A stretch of 64,000 nucleotides of DNA from Flectonema sp. DT1601 (GCA_964019425.1 OZ025792.1:62001-126000), one strand, 5' to 3'. Positions 41,237-53,607 are shown, counted from the first letter of the stretch. Notes: generated from the sequence alone by a model not told the origin. Made by a program: numbers and translations.

Positions 41237-41530
41237 TCAGCAGCATCTTCGCACAAGCGGAACACACTGCGTCTCTATACAAGTCCGTTTGGTGACACAG
41301 ATTCTCATTGGGTCTGGTTGTTGGTGCATTGTTATTTTACAAACATTTCTACAGTGGCTACTAACCATTTGTGCTTGTGGTTGGAATCCACACTGTTGTC
41401 CACACTGTTGTTGCTGCTGACCACAGTTTGGATTATATCCATGTCCCGGATTGTAGTAATTAATTAATGATGTCGATCCCTGGTATGGAGCAACACTTCT
41501 ACAGTTTCCGGAGTAGCAGTTGTTTTGCAT
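41237..41530 (-). CDS. Small Cys/Gln-rich hypothetical protein
   Basis: ATG ORF MQNNCYSGNC...CGQQQQQCGQQCG...VRRCC on the coding strand, with biased composition. Confidence 0.55.
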   Translation of the reverse strand: MQNNCYSGNCRSVAPYQGSTSLINYYNPGHGYNPNCGQQQQQCGQQCGFQPQAQMVSSHCRNVCKITMHQQPDPMRICVTKRTCIETQCVPLVRRCC

Positions 41531-41864
41531 TGTTTTGTTGTGTTTTGTAAACTGAGAACGTAATATGTAACACAACACACCACTAACTAGTCAGAAGAGA
41601 TAAAAACTTACTCAACAACATCATCCATAACCCTGTCAATAGATAACTTAAATAACAACACAGCAACATAATGTCAACACTTGTTGTTAACAGAAATGCA
41701 TCTAACTTGAGATATCTATACGTACGTATGTTGGCATTTCAAAGTAGCGGTAGTTAGAATTTCAGGTGATAACCTGAAAAGGGAAATAAAACGACGAAAT
41801 GCGATCACAGGGACGCAATTATTATCCTTTTTTTTTTTTTTTTTTTCCCCCCGCTTCAATTTTT

Positions 41865-44800
41865 TTAGAACCCACTTCCTCTTCTTCTGTATCCTGGTGT
41901 TCCGGGTCTGGCAAGAGCAGAAGGGGTTCGTGCTATTCCTCGAAGAGGTGCAGCAGGTGTTGGTGAGTCGCCTCCAATTGTGGATCCGATTTCACAAACA
42001 CTTTGTCGAGTTCTTCCTTTCTTTTTCATCACAACATCGATAGCACCTTCAGAAGTTAATTTTGATAAATCGTATTCCCTCTGTTCCTTCTCGACAGGTG
42101 TTTGAATTAACGCTTCCTCTGCTCGTCGTTTCTTCTCATACATCATCTGCGAGATACGATCTCTTCTTATTTCATAAAATCGAGGAGCGGTTTCTTCCAT
42201 CCAACCGCCTTCGATAGCAGTGACAGTTGACATGTATTCTTTTTGAGTGTAAATCAACTCATGGTAAATAACATAGTCAGGCATTGATCCTCCGTTAAAA
42301 AGAGCAGAGCTAGGATGAACACAACAAGGAACACCCGTAAGCATTGAGTAGTAATCCTGTACTCCTCGTCTCTTTGCACAGTTCGGAAAGAATCCAGCGC
42401 ATAAAGCTTTTTTAATAGGATCCCAGTCTCCGTTGCTGCTTGTAACAGTTTTCTTCTTTTTCATGAGAATTTCTCTCAGCTGCACTCTGACTTCTTCAAC
42501 TCTTTTGAGCGCCTTAAAGTTCATAAAATGATCGTTACACCACCTCGCAGATTTTCCATTTCTCTTAAACATCTCAAAGGCGTTTAATAAAGTGAGATGA
42601 TCGCTTTCTGCGACAACAAACTTTTCCCTGGCTGCGTCTGCAGCGTCTTCTTGTGCAGGAGGTCTCATAAAGATCTTTGATTGTGAAGACAAGCAAGCGA
42701 CGATAATTAGCATTTCTTCAGAACACTGAGACTCAACACTGCAAGACTGAAGTATCGATTTAGACATTTGAGGTTCTACAGGAATCTCTCCCATATCACT
42801 TCCAATTGTTGTCAGAGCGCCGTCATCATTAAGAGCTCCCAACATCCATAATTGATACATAGAGTTAGTCATGTTCTCTTGTGGAGGTGGGTCCATGAAT
42901 TCAAATGTTAATAAGTTCTCAACTCCGAGAGTCTTCAACAATAAGATTACTGAAGATAATGAAGTTCGTTGAATCTCTGGAACAGTCATTTCAAGCATCT
43001 CGTGATTGAATTGATATTCTGTGTAAAGTCTGTAGCATATCCCTGATGACGTTCTTCCTGCTCTTCCAGCTCGTTGTTTAGCAGCAGCTTGTGACTCAGG
43101 GAAGACTTGGAGGGTGTCCATACCCGTTTTTGGATTAAAGACTTTCAACTTACAGAACCCCGTGTCTATGACATACTTAACACCATCAACAGTTAGTGAA
43201 GTCTCTGCAATATTCGTAGCAATTACACACTTTCTCATACCTGCAGGAGCTGGGTCAAAAATCTTCGCTTGCATTTCCGACGGTAGAAGAGAGTACACTG
43301 GCAACACCATCAGCGTTCCCGCAAACTCACCAATCAACTCTTTTGTTATTTGAGTAGCAGTTACTTCAATCTCTTCTTGCCCAGTCATAAATATAAGAAT
43401 ATCACCTGGTGGACATCTAGCGTGGACGTGAATTGCTTGTTTAACTGTTGAGTTTACATAGTCTGAAACGTTGGCTTCCTGGTAGTACGTTGACACCTCG
43501 AAAGTTCTTCCTGGAATTCGAAAGACAGGACAGCTGCAGAAGAACTCCGAAAACTTCTCGCAGTCCATAGTGGCCGAGGTGACAATTAGTTTTAAATCTC
43601 TTCGTCTTGAGCAAACCTTCTTCAGGAGACCAAATAATACATCTGTGTTGAGAGAACGCTCGTGAGCTTCGTCCATAATAATCGCATTGTAGTTCCCTAA
43701 GTCTGGATCTCTCATGGCTTCACGAAGTAGTACACCGTCAGTCATATATTTTAGTACCGTCTTCTCTGTTGTGCAATCTTCAAATCTAATTGAATACCCA
43801 ACCGTGTCACCCAATTCACATCCAACTTCTTCAGCAACTCGTTTCGCAACAGACATAGCTGCTACACGTCTTGGTTGTGTACATCCCACCATGGATTTGA
43901 TTCCATTTTCTAAATCTAAACTCGTGTAGTTGGCTTCGTATAAGTATTGAGCAATTTGAGTTGTTTTCCCGGAACCCGTCTCTCCAACGAGAATGATGAT
44001 ATTATTTTCACTCAGTACTTTTAAAAGTGAATCGCGGTGCTCGAAAATGGGCAAACTTTTACGTTGGTCGGCAATTTTTTGGTTTGAAAAAGCGGTTTGT
44101 CCGGACCAGTTGGAGTCTTTCGCTTGACTAGCAAAGCCAGATGCTTTTTTCGCATTTTCAAAATCTTCCTTGTGCTTTTCTTCTTCAGTCATCTTATCTC
44201 TCATAGCACGCTGCCTTCTAATGTCTTCTCTCCTTTCTGATGCTCTATCCCTTCCTGTGTCAATGTTATCAAGCATCGACCCGCTGTTGTCGAGTGAGTC
44301 TCGTGTTGCCTTCTCGCGATCTTTTTGCTGTCTGACTTGCTTTAGTAACGCCGATCCCTTCTTAGCGTTTTCGTATAAATCACCAGAAAGATCTTTAACT
44401 GGAAGAACTAATTCACGTCTCTTACTATATTCTATCCCGGAATGAAGGAATGGTGGGGAAGGTTTCTTTACAATGAGGCGAACCATGTCAGCGTCGAGAT
44501 CATCGTCAGCTTGTCCCATGTCTGCGGTAGCGAGAGTACCTCCAGCGTGCATTCTTGATTCTTCCCAACGATCAGCATCTGCACTTCTCTGAGCTTGGCG
44601 GAGTGATCGAGGTGTTACTTTACCCTGCATGGCTTTAGCCATGTTCTCTTCTCTTTCTTGTAGTCGTCTTGCGGAGTATACATTCAACACATTGCCATCC
44701 ATTTCAGTTGCGTGTCCTCCACCAAACTCATCGTCTCCCTCATACCACGTCCTTGCCTCGTCAACATCCTTCCATTCGTTTGTTCGATATCCTCTGTGTC

Positions 44801-44996
44801 GGAATGAGTCTTCTTTTTCTGGAGCTGTTTCCTTATTATCGTCCTCCGTGTCTACTAATTTCCTTCTCTTAAGGAAGGCTGCGGTCTTGGCTTTCTCTTC
44901 TTCAGATCTATTCTTCATAGGGGCTGACGGGGGTGGCATACGGAGCCTCTCCTCTCTTTTCTGTTCTGCAATCCGATCGAGTCCATGTTTTGACAT
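41865..44996 (-). CDS. DHX38: Spliceosomal DEAH-box helicase PRP16
   Basis: GETGSGKTTQ, CTQPRRVAAMSVAKRVAEE, DEAH, SAT and QRAGRAGR. The N-terminal PPFL...PVKD..DL...AKKGSALL and RWEESRM are PRP16-like. Confidence 0.93.
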   Translation of the reverse strand: MSKHGLDRIAEQKREERLRMPPPSAPMKNRSEEEKAKTAAFLKRRKLVDTEDDNKETAPEKEDSFRHRGYRTNEWKDVDEARTWYEGDDEFGGGHATEMDGNVLNVYSARRLQEREENMAKAMQGKVTPRSLRQAQRSADADRWEESRMHAGGTLATADMGQADDDLDADMVRLIVKKPSPPFLHSGIEYSKRRELVLPVKDLSGDLYENAKKGSALLKQVRQQKDREKATRDSLDNSGSMLDNIDTGRDRASERREDIRRQRAMRDKMTEEEKHKEDFENAKKASGFASQAKDSNWSGQTAFSNQKIADQRKSLPIFEHRDSLLKVLSENNIIILVGETGSGKTTQIAQYLYEANYTSLDLENGIKSMVGCTQPRRVAAMSVAKRVAEEVGCELGDTVGYSIRFEDCTTEKTVLKYMTDGVLLREAMRDPDLGNYNAIIMDEAHERSLNTDVLFGLLKKVCSRRRDLKLIVTSATMDCEKFSEFFCSCPVFRIPGRTFEVSTYYQEANVSDYVNSTVKQAIHVHARCPPGDILIFMTGQEEIEVTATQITKELIGEFAGTLMVLPVYSLLPSEMQAKIFDPAPAGMRKCVIATNIAETSLTVDGVKYVIDTGFCKLKVFNPKTGMDTLQVFPESQAAAKQRAGRAGRTSSGICYRLYTEYQFNHEMLEMTVPEIQRTSLSSVILLLKTLGVENLLTFEFMDPPPQENMTNSMYQLWMLGALNDDGALTTIGSDMGEIPVEPQMSKSILQSCSVESQCSEEMLIIVACLSSQSKIFMRPPAQEDAADAAREKFVVAESDHLTLLNAFEMFKRNGKSARWCNDHFMNFKALKRVEEVRVQLREILMKKKKTVTSSNGDWDPIKKALCAGFFPNCAKRRGVQDYYSMLTGVPCCVHPSSALFNGGSMPDYVIYHELIYTQKEYMSTVTAIEGGWMEETAPRFYEIRRDRISQMMYEKKRRAEEALIQTPVEKEQREYDLSKLTSEGAIDVVMKKKGRTRQSVCEIGSTIGGDSPTPAAPLRGIARTPSALARPGTPGYRRRGSGF

Positions 44997-45307
44997 TTGA
45001 TGCTGACAGAAAGTAATATTACATCACACAGAACACATACTGAGGTTGAAACACTGCTTATTCGCTATTTTTCTGTCGCTGAGATGCGCAGCTAAAAACA
45101 CTTTTTAAATGATAAACTGAGCTGCAGAACTTAACTAACGACGACGACGAAGAATTTCCGACTACTGAGTCTAACTGACTGATGTACTACCGTACATACT
45201 AAGTTATTTGAATAATAACAATTCGTGTTGATTACGATAAAGAGAATAAGCAGATCGGTAAGTCTTACTGAAGTCTTTAATGCACATCTGTTGGCTACAA
45301 AGGAAAT

Positions 45308-47254
45308 CTAAGGAGGTGGCTTTGAGCTCTCTGGGAATCTAGAAGTATATTTTTCAACATCTATAACTGTTGCTTTAATCTGACGTTTATTGTACCATCG
45401 GTTGTTCATCTTTTGGTAACAGGCAAGGCAACCAACGCTGTCAACAAAGCGAATCCAAAGCTCTCCTTCCTTTGAGAACTTGTCAACGAATATATGTTGA
45501 ACTGTACCCAACTTGCTGCAATGTTCGAGAAACTCATCTTCGATGTCTTCGTCGAAGTCTTCTTCTTCTTCTTCGGATGGATCGAAGAGCTTACTGAGGA
45601 CAAGACAGGTGACATCTTCGGATTGCTGTCTTGAAGGTGGTGCCATACCAGCTTGCAACATAGAAATATCAAGTGGTGGAGCATCAACAGCAACCATTCC
45701 CGGAATAGCTCCAGGAGGAGGTTGTACTTTCGTAGCTGGTGATGAAATTGTAATATTTGATAATTTAGCAGTCAGCGCTATCCTCTCATCAGTAGATAAT
45801 AATTTATCTTGATCCATTGCTCCTATACCTGACTGGGCAGATTGTTGTGTTTCAGTTTCAGTAACCAAACCGATTTGAAGTTTGTTTCCCAAAACATCCA
45901 TTTGACTCATCTGAAGCATCGCCTTCTTACTGTCATCAGCACTTCGGTACTTTACATAGCACCAATGCTCATCGGGTTTGGGCATGTCGACCTTCTCTAT
46001 ATCACCAAACTTAAATATTTGAAAGATTTCTTTTACATCAGCCGCCCGAATCTTTCTATGTAAATTACCAACAAATAACTTTAAGTTAGTACGAGGGATA
46101 TTCACAAATCCGACAGGCATTGCAGCTGCCGCAGCGTTCTTCTCTGCTTCTGAAAGCTTAACTTGGATTGGGTGGTCTCTTACTAACATTCCTTGAAGGT
46201 TGATCGCTCCTGCGACAGCAGATGGATCATAGAACTCAACGTATCCGAGTCCCTTTGAACGGCCAGACTTGTCTGTAATAAAACGAACATCTCTAACTTT
46301 ACCTGCTTTGCTAAAAAACTCGAACAGTTCAACATCCTCAACTTTCGGGTGCAGGTGACTCACGAAGACTGTTCGCTTGTCTCTTTCAATTGCTCTGGCC
46401 ATTTTCTCCTCGGGGGTGAGTTCTTCTTCTTGGCGCTTCTTTTCATCAACTTTGCGTCTCTCTTCACGTTCGCGACCTCGTTCCCGATCTCTTTCCTCGC
46501 GGTCCCGACGGCGCGGTCTATCGGAAGAGGTTCGGCGGCGGCGCCTGTCTCCTGCTGGTGAAGGACGACGTTCTTGTCTACGTGGCGCGTCCCTTGAGTC
46601 ACGTCGGCGATTGTCACGCGGTCTTCGATCTCTGAGCTGACGGTCACCCTCCCTGTCTCGGTAGCGATCACCTCTCTCTCTCTCGCGGTACCGATCGTCT
46701 CTTCCTCCCCTCTCCCGGTCTCTAAAGTCTCTTGGGCGGTCTCTTAACGGCTCTCTTTCCCTTTCCCGTTCCCTACGATCCCGCTCTCTTCGGTCGTCAC
46801 CACGCTCAACGTTTTTCTTTCTTTCGGTACTTTCCTCGACGTGCTTCTTTTTTTCAGTAGCTCCTTCTTGTTTGATACATTCATTGTCGAAATCCTCACG
46901 CTTTATATCATCCTCGTGCTTTATATCATTTTCATGTTTTATTTCACTTCTCTCACCTCGGCCTCTGTCAGTCCGGTCTCTGCGCACTTCATCTCTGCCG
47001 CTCTCGCGGCTCCTTTCTGTGTCGCGTTCTCTTCGATCGGATCCGTCTCTACCGTTTCTGTCTTCGCGTCTAGTATCCCGATATCTATTATCTCTCCTAT
47101 CTCTTTCATTACCTCTTCGTGGTTCTCTGTTTCTGTCTCCATCTCTCCTTCCTTCTCTTTCACTCTCTCTTCTTACTTCGTTGTCTTCTCCTTCGTCAAC
47201 AACTACCTTCTCTTCCTTTTCCTGACTCACTTCTCGCTGTTCATCAGATCCCAT
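45308..47254 (-). CDS. RBM39: Splicing factor RBM39/CAPER (RS/RD-rich region, 2 RRMs, UHM)
   Basis: ERDKRTVFV, GKVRDVRFITDK.GRSKGLGYVEF, SEAEKN, a second RRM, and a C-terminal UHM (LFDP.EE...FDEDI.DE...C...G.V.HIFVDK; RWY). Confidence 0.92.
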   Translation of the reverse strand: MGSDEQREVSQEKEEKVVVDEGEDNEVRRESEREGRRDGDRNREPRRGNERDRRDNRYRDTRREDRNGRDGSDRRERDTERSRESGRDEVRRDRTDRGRGERSEIKHENDIKHEDDIKREDFDNECIKQEGATEKKKHVEESTERKKNVERGDDRRERDRREREREREPLRDRPRDFRDRERGGRDDRYRERERGDRYRDREGDRQLRDRRPRDNRRRDSRDAPRRQERRPSPAGDRRRRRTSSDRPRRRDREERDRERGREREERRKVDEKKRQEEELTPEEKMARAIERDKRTVFVSHLHPKVEDVELFEFFSKAGKVRDVRFITDKSGRSKGLGYVEFYDPSAVAGAINLQGMLVRDHPIQVKLSEAEKNAAAAAMPVGFVNIPRTNLKLFVGNLHRKIRAADVKEIFQIFKFGDIEKVDMPKPDEHWCYVKYRSADDSKKAMLQMSQMDVLGNKLQIGLVTETETQQSAQSGIGAMDQDKLLSTDERIALTAKLSNITISSPATKVQPPPGAIPGMVAVDAPPLDISMLQAGMAPPSRQQSEDVTCLVLSKLFDPSEEEEEDFDEDIEDEFLEHCSKLGTVQHIFVDKFSKEGELWIRFVDSVGCLACYQKMNNRWYNKRQIKATVIDVEKYTSRFPESSKPPP

Positions 47255-48176
47255 CTTATGTAGTGGGATACCTGATTAGAGATAATTTATTAATGAAAAC
47301 TTTCTTACATGTTCTAGTTGGCTAAAGTTGTAGTCGTTATTTTGAAGTAGACTGCTGTTAAGGAATTGACTGGGTCCAAATGTAACACAATCCTCAATAA
47401 GAGATACTCATTATCGCTGCGGCGGATACGCTAACCGAATGTAACATAAAGTGTACTCCTTTTGGCAATAGGTTAGGGTCAGACAACAAAGGCGAGATTG
47501 TTGCGTTGGTTTCTTCATCATAATAACGTTTGTTAGTTATCGTGTTATCTTTGAAGTCACTTCAAAGTGATGCTGTAGTAGCCTAAGGCAAACGTATTTA
47601 ACAACATCACACACAACTGGGAGAACGAAAAAAAAAAAAAAAAAAAAGGGAAAAAAAAAATCACCAAGTAGCCCGCCACAACTGTAGCGCTATTCTTTTT
47701 ATATCACCGTTTTCTTCCTTTCTTCCTTGTAACCACTAATTGTGTTTTTTTTTTCGCGCGCAATTCGAACTGTCAATCTCACACAAGAGGCTTCGCATTG
47801 TTTCCGTCTATGTCTGTCGTTTTTGCAAACGGAAGCCACTTCGTGAACTAGAAATGACTATATTGCTGTTACAGGTAGGCCATACAAATTTGATCAACAT
47901 TACTAATGAAAACAAGCCTTCAGATCAATACAGTAACTCGAAAATCGCATCGACTTTTACGAAATTTTAGCAAGAGCAAGGGAAGAAAAAACAAAAAACA
48001 AAAAAAAAAAAAAAACGAACACCGCCCTTTTATTTCGCAACCAGTCTGAGTAAATGGTTACAAGCCGAAGCAAGAAAAGAGAAAAAAAAAAAAAAAAAAA
48101 CGTTTTAATCATGTCGCCACTAGATAGCTACAGGATGGGCAAATACTGTTTTACGTTTCAAGTTCATTGACTGTTT

Positions 48177-50244
48177 TTATCCCCTCTCAGCGTGCTCTAA
48201 TGCTTTTGTAAGTTCTTCTTTGAAGCAGGCGTCGGTGTCAGTGTTGAGGTACTTGTCTGGACGATGTTCTGTTTGGTTTTTGATGTTTTAAAAGTGCGGA
48301 TGCAAAAAAAAGGAAAAAAATTGGCAATTATATGAAACACATACTATTATCAAACACAAAGAAGAATCGAGTCACTACATTATCAGAGCAAGGCTGTACC
48401 CAGATATCACCATTACGTTTTAGTTGGTCATCAATAACTTCACAAACGGCAACACAGCTGAGGGTGCCTCCCATGAAGTCTTGATCTTTGGAGTCTCGCG
48501 AGTCAATTCTAGCACCCTCAACTTGAAGTTGAGAATAACCGTAACTAACACTGGCACTCGGAGATAAATAAATTCCACTTCCATAGGCAGCACCGTTTAC
48601 CTGATGAGCGGTTCCACTCGCATTGTAAAGACCGTTTCTGAGAATGCTGTGCCAGTTCTCTAAAGCTGATCCGTGAAAAGCAAATATTGACTTATGCTTC
48701 TTCTTCAAGGCATCAAACTGTGCCTGTTTCGCTGGTGACGCAGAGACCATCAGAAACTGGTGAGGTGTTGACATACTCGCAACACGTTCCTCCTTACAAA
48801 GTCTAATTAAATGACTTGTATTTGAAGACATAATCCATTGAAGAAGAGAGTAGGACCACTTACTTCCTTTCTCAAGAGAGTCTTTCATTCTTCCCTGAGA
48901 GATCTCTTTCACTTCTGGGATTTTATTCATAATCTGACGAACTTTATCAATTTCTTTATTATTCGGGTGCAGAATCTTCTTAGTAGCGTCTTCTGGATCA
49001 AAGAGTGTAGGGTACGGATTAAAGATTAACTTCCAGCGAGTGCTATTAGCAGCAGCCTTTGCTATTGACACCAGCAGATCAGCAACGTGAACGTCGGTTG
49101 CGATGTCTTCAGCAGCGTCTGTACCAACTCCCAACTGCTGGAATGCGAAGGCACACATTTCTCTGCTACAAACGCTACTCTTTAACAAAGCTTGTGATGC
49201 GAAGACGTGATGTTTATCGCAGATGACACAAAACTCTGAAAATGTTGGAATTCTATGCCGAGCGTATTCCATAACCTGAACTAACAAACCTCGTCGACGA
49301 GGAGGAATGCGTTGCTTTTCACGAGTTGCTTCTTCACTGTTCAGTGCGACTTGTGTTGATGCTTTTGGGGAAGATCCCGGTGGAGCTCTCCCTTCAAATA
49401 AATAAACTGCAGCATGTTCAGGAGTACCACAACACTCTAAGGCTTCACGAGCTTGGGATTCATGGAAGCCGAGTTCCATTAAAGAAATTATTTCAGTTGA
49501 GAGTTTATCTTGCATGGCTACTTCATCGAGGGCTTTTTTTTCTTTCCAAACAGTTGCAAAGAAGTCTTTCAGAACTCGTTGTAACTGTCCAGCAACACCA
49601 CACCATGTTGCTCCATCTTGGAAGCACTCGACTTGGTACTTTTGTGCATCGGTGTATCCCGTTCGTGAGAAGGTCACTTTAATTTTGAGAGGTTTCTGTT
49701 CTTTCTTAGGAGCCAATCCCCAGGCATTACAAACAGAGTTACTAAGGAATGAATAATCTAAGTTTAATACACATATCACGGTGTCAATCATTTTTATTTC
49801 TTGAGTAGTAACAGCGTCAGGTCCGTACACATCTTTGAATGCTGCGAGATCAGCTAAGAATTGATGGTGTGCTGGGAAGTCACACATATCCATTGAAGGT
49901 CCTCCTGCTAAGGCATCACTGCTGGAATCTAAACCAGAATCCATATCCTCATCATGATCTCCGTAGTCAGGTCCAGTGTAACCAGATTCTTTAACTTTAT
50001 CACGAAGTTGTTCAACTGTACTTCTTACTAGTCCCGGTTGTAAGACTACATAATTATTACATATAAATGCGGTTACGTCACCAGATGGATACGTTAATTG
50101 ATATCCATCGTCTAAAACCACTTCAAATGTCTCCATGGGTTCCATTAAAGTGATTTCCATTCTCTGACCACTACTCTCAACAGAAAGAACATTGTCAGGT
50201 AGATTATCCTGAACCTCACTCAAATCTGATTCAAAAGCTGACAT
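48177..50244 (-). CDS. PARP6/PARP8-like mono-ADP-ribosyltransferase with a UBA domain (2 exons)
   Basis: Zn region FCVICD.H...VCSREMCAFAF. Catalytic region FAFHGSALENWHSILRNGL, GAAYGSGIYLSP, DIW (H-Y-I triad) and VVTRFFFVF. UBA: LMELGFHESQAREAL. A predicted 76-nt intron (48269-48344) adds a short final exon. Confidence 0.87.
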
Positions 50245-50884
50245 ATTTGTATTTGCTGTGGCAGAGGCCACGGGACTGTGAGATGTATAATTTCATATGT
50301 CTTGCTTACGAATTAATATTACATTTTGGAGGGTTGCGAAACAGTTGAATAAACTTATTCATTTCATTTATTTAGTGGTTCAAAAAAAAAAAAAAAACAA
50401 CTTTTCGTTCATTTCATTCTGTTTTCAATGGTCCACAACATATTTGTTATACAACGCAGCCAGAGGGCCGTGTTGACATCCGCAGGGATACTTTGTTTTG
50501 CAACACTGTTTCTTGTATGAAAAAAAACAAACAAACAACACAAAATAAAAATATAAACACACATCAAGAAAACAGATTGCAATAAATATTATTACAAATG
50601 TGATGTATATTTTAGGGGGAAACATGCTTCGCAAAGACTGTTTTTTTCTTCTTTTTTTCGGCGATGTAAACCGCCTGCTTGTTACAAAAAAAAAAAAAAA
50701 AAAAAAAAGGAGGAGAAAGCGGACTGCACTCAAGCAGCAAGCAACACATTCTTTGCGAATGGTTTGCAACCTTTTTCTAGCATGAGGGACGTTGTAAAAG
50801 TAGTCCTCAATTCGTATGTGTTGGTGCTTCTCAAACGCGGCTCGAAAAAAAAAATGGGAAACAAAGGAATAACAAAAGATTTCG

Positions 50885-52117
50885 TCACCTTGCTCTTGGT
50901 ATCGACCTGTCGAGAGGTGATCCCATCTTTAAGTATCCTTCCATCGGTCGATACTTTACAAAATATTGTTCTGAGATAGAATGATCAGGCTGACCGTCTC
51001 CTTGAGTGAAGAATTTTCTAATTCCGGCCTGCTTAGCATGTGTTAGACTGTTCATAGCCTTCTCTTCAGCTCCTTTTGTTACAGACATTGATGACTCTCC
51101 AGATGATGTTTGACAGATATCTGGTCTATTTGGACGACCCGTGTCATTAACTAAACTCTTTGGTTCATAACCAGAGTACCCTGGGAGGGTTCGCTTACTG
51201 GTACAAATAAGGCGAAGGTTCTGAGCATTCTGCTTGAGGAGATCTTGTTTGTCTCCAGTAATTGTTGCCATGGTGTCTCTACCTGCAGGGACATGACCCA
51301 TATAACCTGGTAATCTTAAACCTAACGCACTCTTTGCGGTACCTGCTAACAGGTCTGCAGTAGTCGCTTGCTTACTAAGTGAGTCTACAGATGTTGGGAG
51401 GTTTCGTGTCGGATCATATCCTCGGACACCGTATTCTCTCTTTGATGATGACTTCGATTCGTGAGATCCCAAAAATTTCACAAACTCAGTAGCATTCACT
51501 TGTTCAGCTCCAAGTAGGGATCTCTTTTGTGTTGATTCAAATTGTTGTCTCGGAGGGACCATGGTATCTCCGTCCATTCTCTTTTTAAGTTTTCTTTCAG
51601 TTGGTACTCGTTCCTTAGCACTGCTTCTTGTTGACTTGGTAACTATCTGACCAGCGTCTTCAGCGTCTCGATGTTCTTCTTTGCGAACTCGAGAGTAGAA
51701 CCCAGTATCGGGTTTCTTTTCCATTGAGCAAACGCTATTATAAACTGACGTCGCTGTAAATGGCACCGCCGTAACATCCGTTTTATTGAGAGATTGTGAT
51801 GATTGTAATAACGCTGCTTTCGTCTTCGGTTGAGTCCACGTTGTGGTATCGGGTCGATACTCCCCTTGCGTGCTGTAGATTGATTTCTCAGTAGTTCTCT
51901 TTGGTAAATACATTGCTGTAGGATCTCGTAATATGTCTGCTTCATTTGATACCATTCCATAGTTAGATCCAATAAGTTGAGATTTCATCTTTCTATTCAC
52001 CAACGGCATCCTAGTAGTCACTGAGCTGTTTGTAGAAGTCAACGGCTGCTGACAAGACGGTACATAACCCGCATAACCCGGGGCTCCTGCGACTGCCCCT
52101 CCAACACTTCCCGCCAT
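50885..52117 (-). CDS. FAM166/CIMIP2-like ciliary microtubule inner protein (PGYxG repeats)
   Basis: PGYAGYVP, LPGYMGHVP and LPGYSGYEP motifs in a low-complexity background. Confidence 0.65.
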   Translation of the reverse strand: MAGSVGGAVAGAPGYAGYVPSCQQPLTSTNSSVTTRMPLVNRKMKSQLIGSNYGMVSNEADILRDPTAMYLPKRTTEKSIYSTQGEYRPDTTTWTQPKTKAALLQSSQSLNKTDVTAVPFTATSVYNSVCSMEKKPDTGFYSRVRKEEHRDAEDAGQIVTKSTRSSAKERVPTERKLKKRMDGDTMVPPRQQFESTQKRSLLGAEQVNATEFVKFLGSHESKSSSKREYGVRGYDPTRNLPTSVDSLSKQATTADLLAGTAKSALGLRLPGYMGHVPAGRDTMATITGDKQDLLKQNAQNLRLICTSKRTLPGYSGYEPKSLVNDTGRPNRPDICQTSSGESSMSVTKGAEEKAMNSLTHAKQAGIRKFFTQGDGQPDHSISEQYFVKYRPMEGYLKMGSPLDRSIPRAR

Positions 52118-52403
52118 ATTTCAGGTGGCTTCTGACTTGTGAATTATTTGTGTTACGAATACAGTGAAACTAAAATACCAATTTATCAACATCAACTCAC
52201 TACGAGTATCGTATTGTTACTGTTAATAATAATTAGAATTACTGTGGGATTCAAACAACTACAAAACTTACGAACAAGCGTGCATTAAACACAAGGCGCA
52301 GGTAACCAGCGCATAATCAGAAGGCTTTGCAGCACTGCGGCTGCAAATCAGATTGGAAAAGGGCCTGTCTGGGAATTGAACTGCCGAATTTCAATTATCG
52401 GAG

Positions 52404-53162
52404 TTACCGCCAGACTGAATTCAGTATGCTAGATGACCAGGAAGGCAACCACTGTGGTTCTGCAATGAGGTGCGACTCACGAGAATTTCGAACAAAAGAA
52501 ACACCAACACACTTACTAAGAGTGACGTGATCAGACATACTCTGTGAACGAACAGTCAGCGCATCTGTCTGCTTTCGATGTGACTGTGAATGGCTTCCTA
52601 CAAAGTGAGGTTGCTCTTGAAGAAGAAGAACAGGTTGTTCGTCCTCATCTTCCTCAACAGTCTCAACGGGTAAGTTAATTAAATGATTTGCATACACGTT
52701 GGCAGCGAAATGCGCAGCAGTCAAAAATATCATCTGCCCAGGAACAGAAGAAAACAATAAAAATGCCGCCAAGTTGGTACCCACCCTAAACGAAGTTGTA
52801 CTCAGCTGGGAGTGCATGAAATCACGTTTAATCTTTTTAAGAACCGTTTGTAAGGATGCGCTTCGAATGCCTTCAGTGAGAGCCATTGCTGTGAGACCGT
52901 TGGTTGGTCGAACTACAAAGAGATCGACAGCTGTCTTAATAACTGCTGCTCCCAATGACGTCCCTGGAACCAATCCGTTTATTATCACCCACTGACCGTA
53001 AGAAACTGGGCACAAGTAAAGAGTACCTACTCCTGTATATCTTACTGTCCTTGTAATATCTAATTCTTGTCCTTCTATAACCTGAGCTGTCACATCACTG
53101 GCTACACTATACCCAGCTCTGATTATCATTACTGTTCCCAATCCTATTATTGAGAATTCCAT
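52404..53162 (-). CDS. Mpv17/PMP22-family membrane protein
   Basis: SDVTAQVIEG...DITRTVRY..VG, KTAVDLFV and multiple TM segments. Confidence 0.8.
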   Translation of the reverse strand: MEFSIIGLGTVMIIRAGYSVASDVTAQVIEGQELDITRTVRYTGVGTLYLCPVSYGQWVIINGLVPGTSLGAAVIKTAVDLFVVRPTNGLTAMALTEGIRSASLQTVLKKIKRDFMHSQLSTTSFRVGTNLAAFLLFSSVPGQMIFLTAAHFAANVYANHLINLPVETVEEDEDEQPVLLLQEQPHFVGSHSQSHRKQTDALTVRSQSMSDHVTLSKCVGVSFVRNSRESHLIAEPQWLPSWSSSILNSVWR

Positions 53163-53607
53163 GTGTGTAATAAACTGGTGATGATTTTATATATAAAATA
53201 ATTATTTTCTTTGAAAATGTTTTGTCTACAATTAGTAGGAAACTTCCATCACCCAGAAAAACCAAATCCAAAAAAAAAAAAAAGAAATTTTCTAAGTTGC
53301 TTTTTGGATTGCAGGTTTCTCAGACTACAAAAAAAAAACAAAAAAAAACGGTAATTGTCACGTCCGAACATGACCAATGAAAGGAATACGATTAATGCCA
53401 CACTAATGAATACCACATAAAAGAGCAAGCAGCTCAAACAGTAAAAAACAAGAAAAGAGATAAACAGCTATATAAAATAGCGTTGCACGATGTGCCCTCT
53501 ATGCTAAGCTAAAAGAGGCTTTATTCAATGCAAATTAAATTAAGAGAGAATTTTTTTTATTTTTTATGTTGAAATGATAAAGAACAAGACAGAGTAGGCT
53601 AACAGCT

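Noticed and set aside
47551..47571. Overlapping short palindromes TTGAAGTCACTTCAAAGTGA
   Set aside because: Too short to distinguish from chance in AT-rich intergenic DNA.
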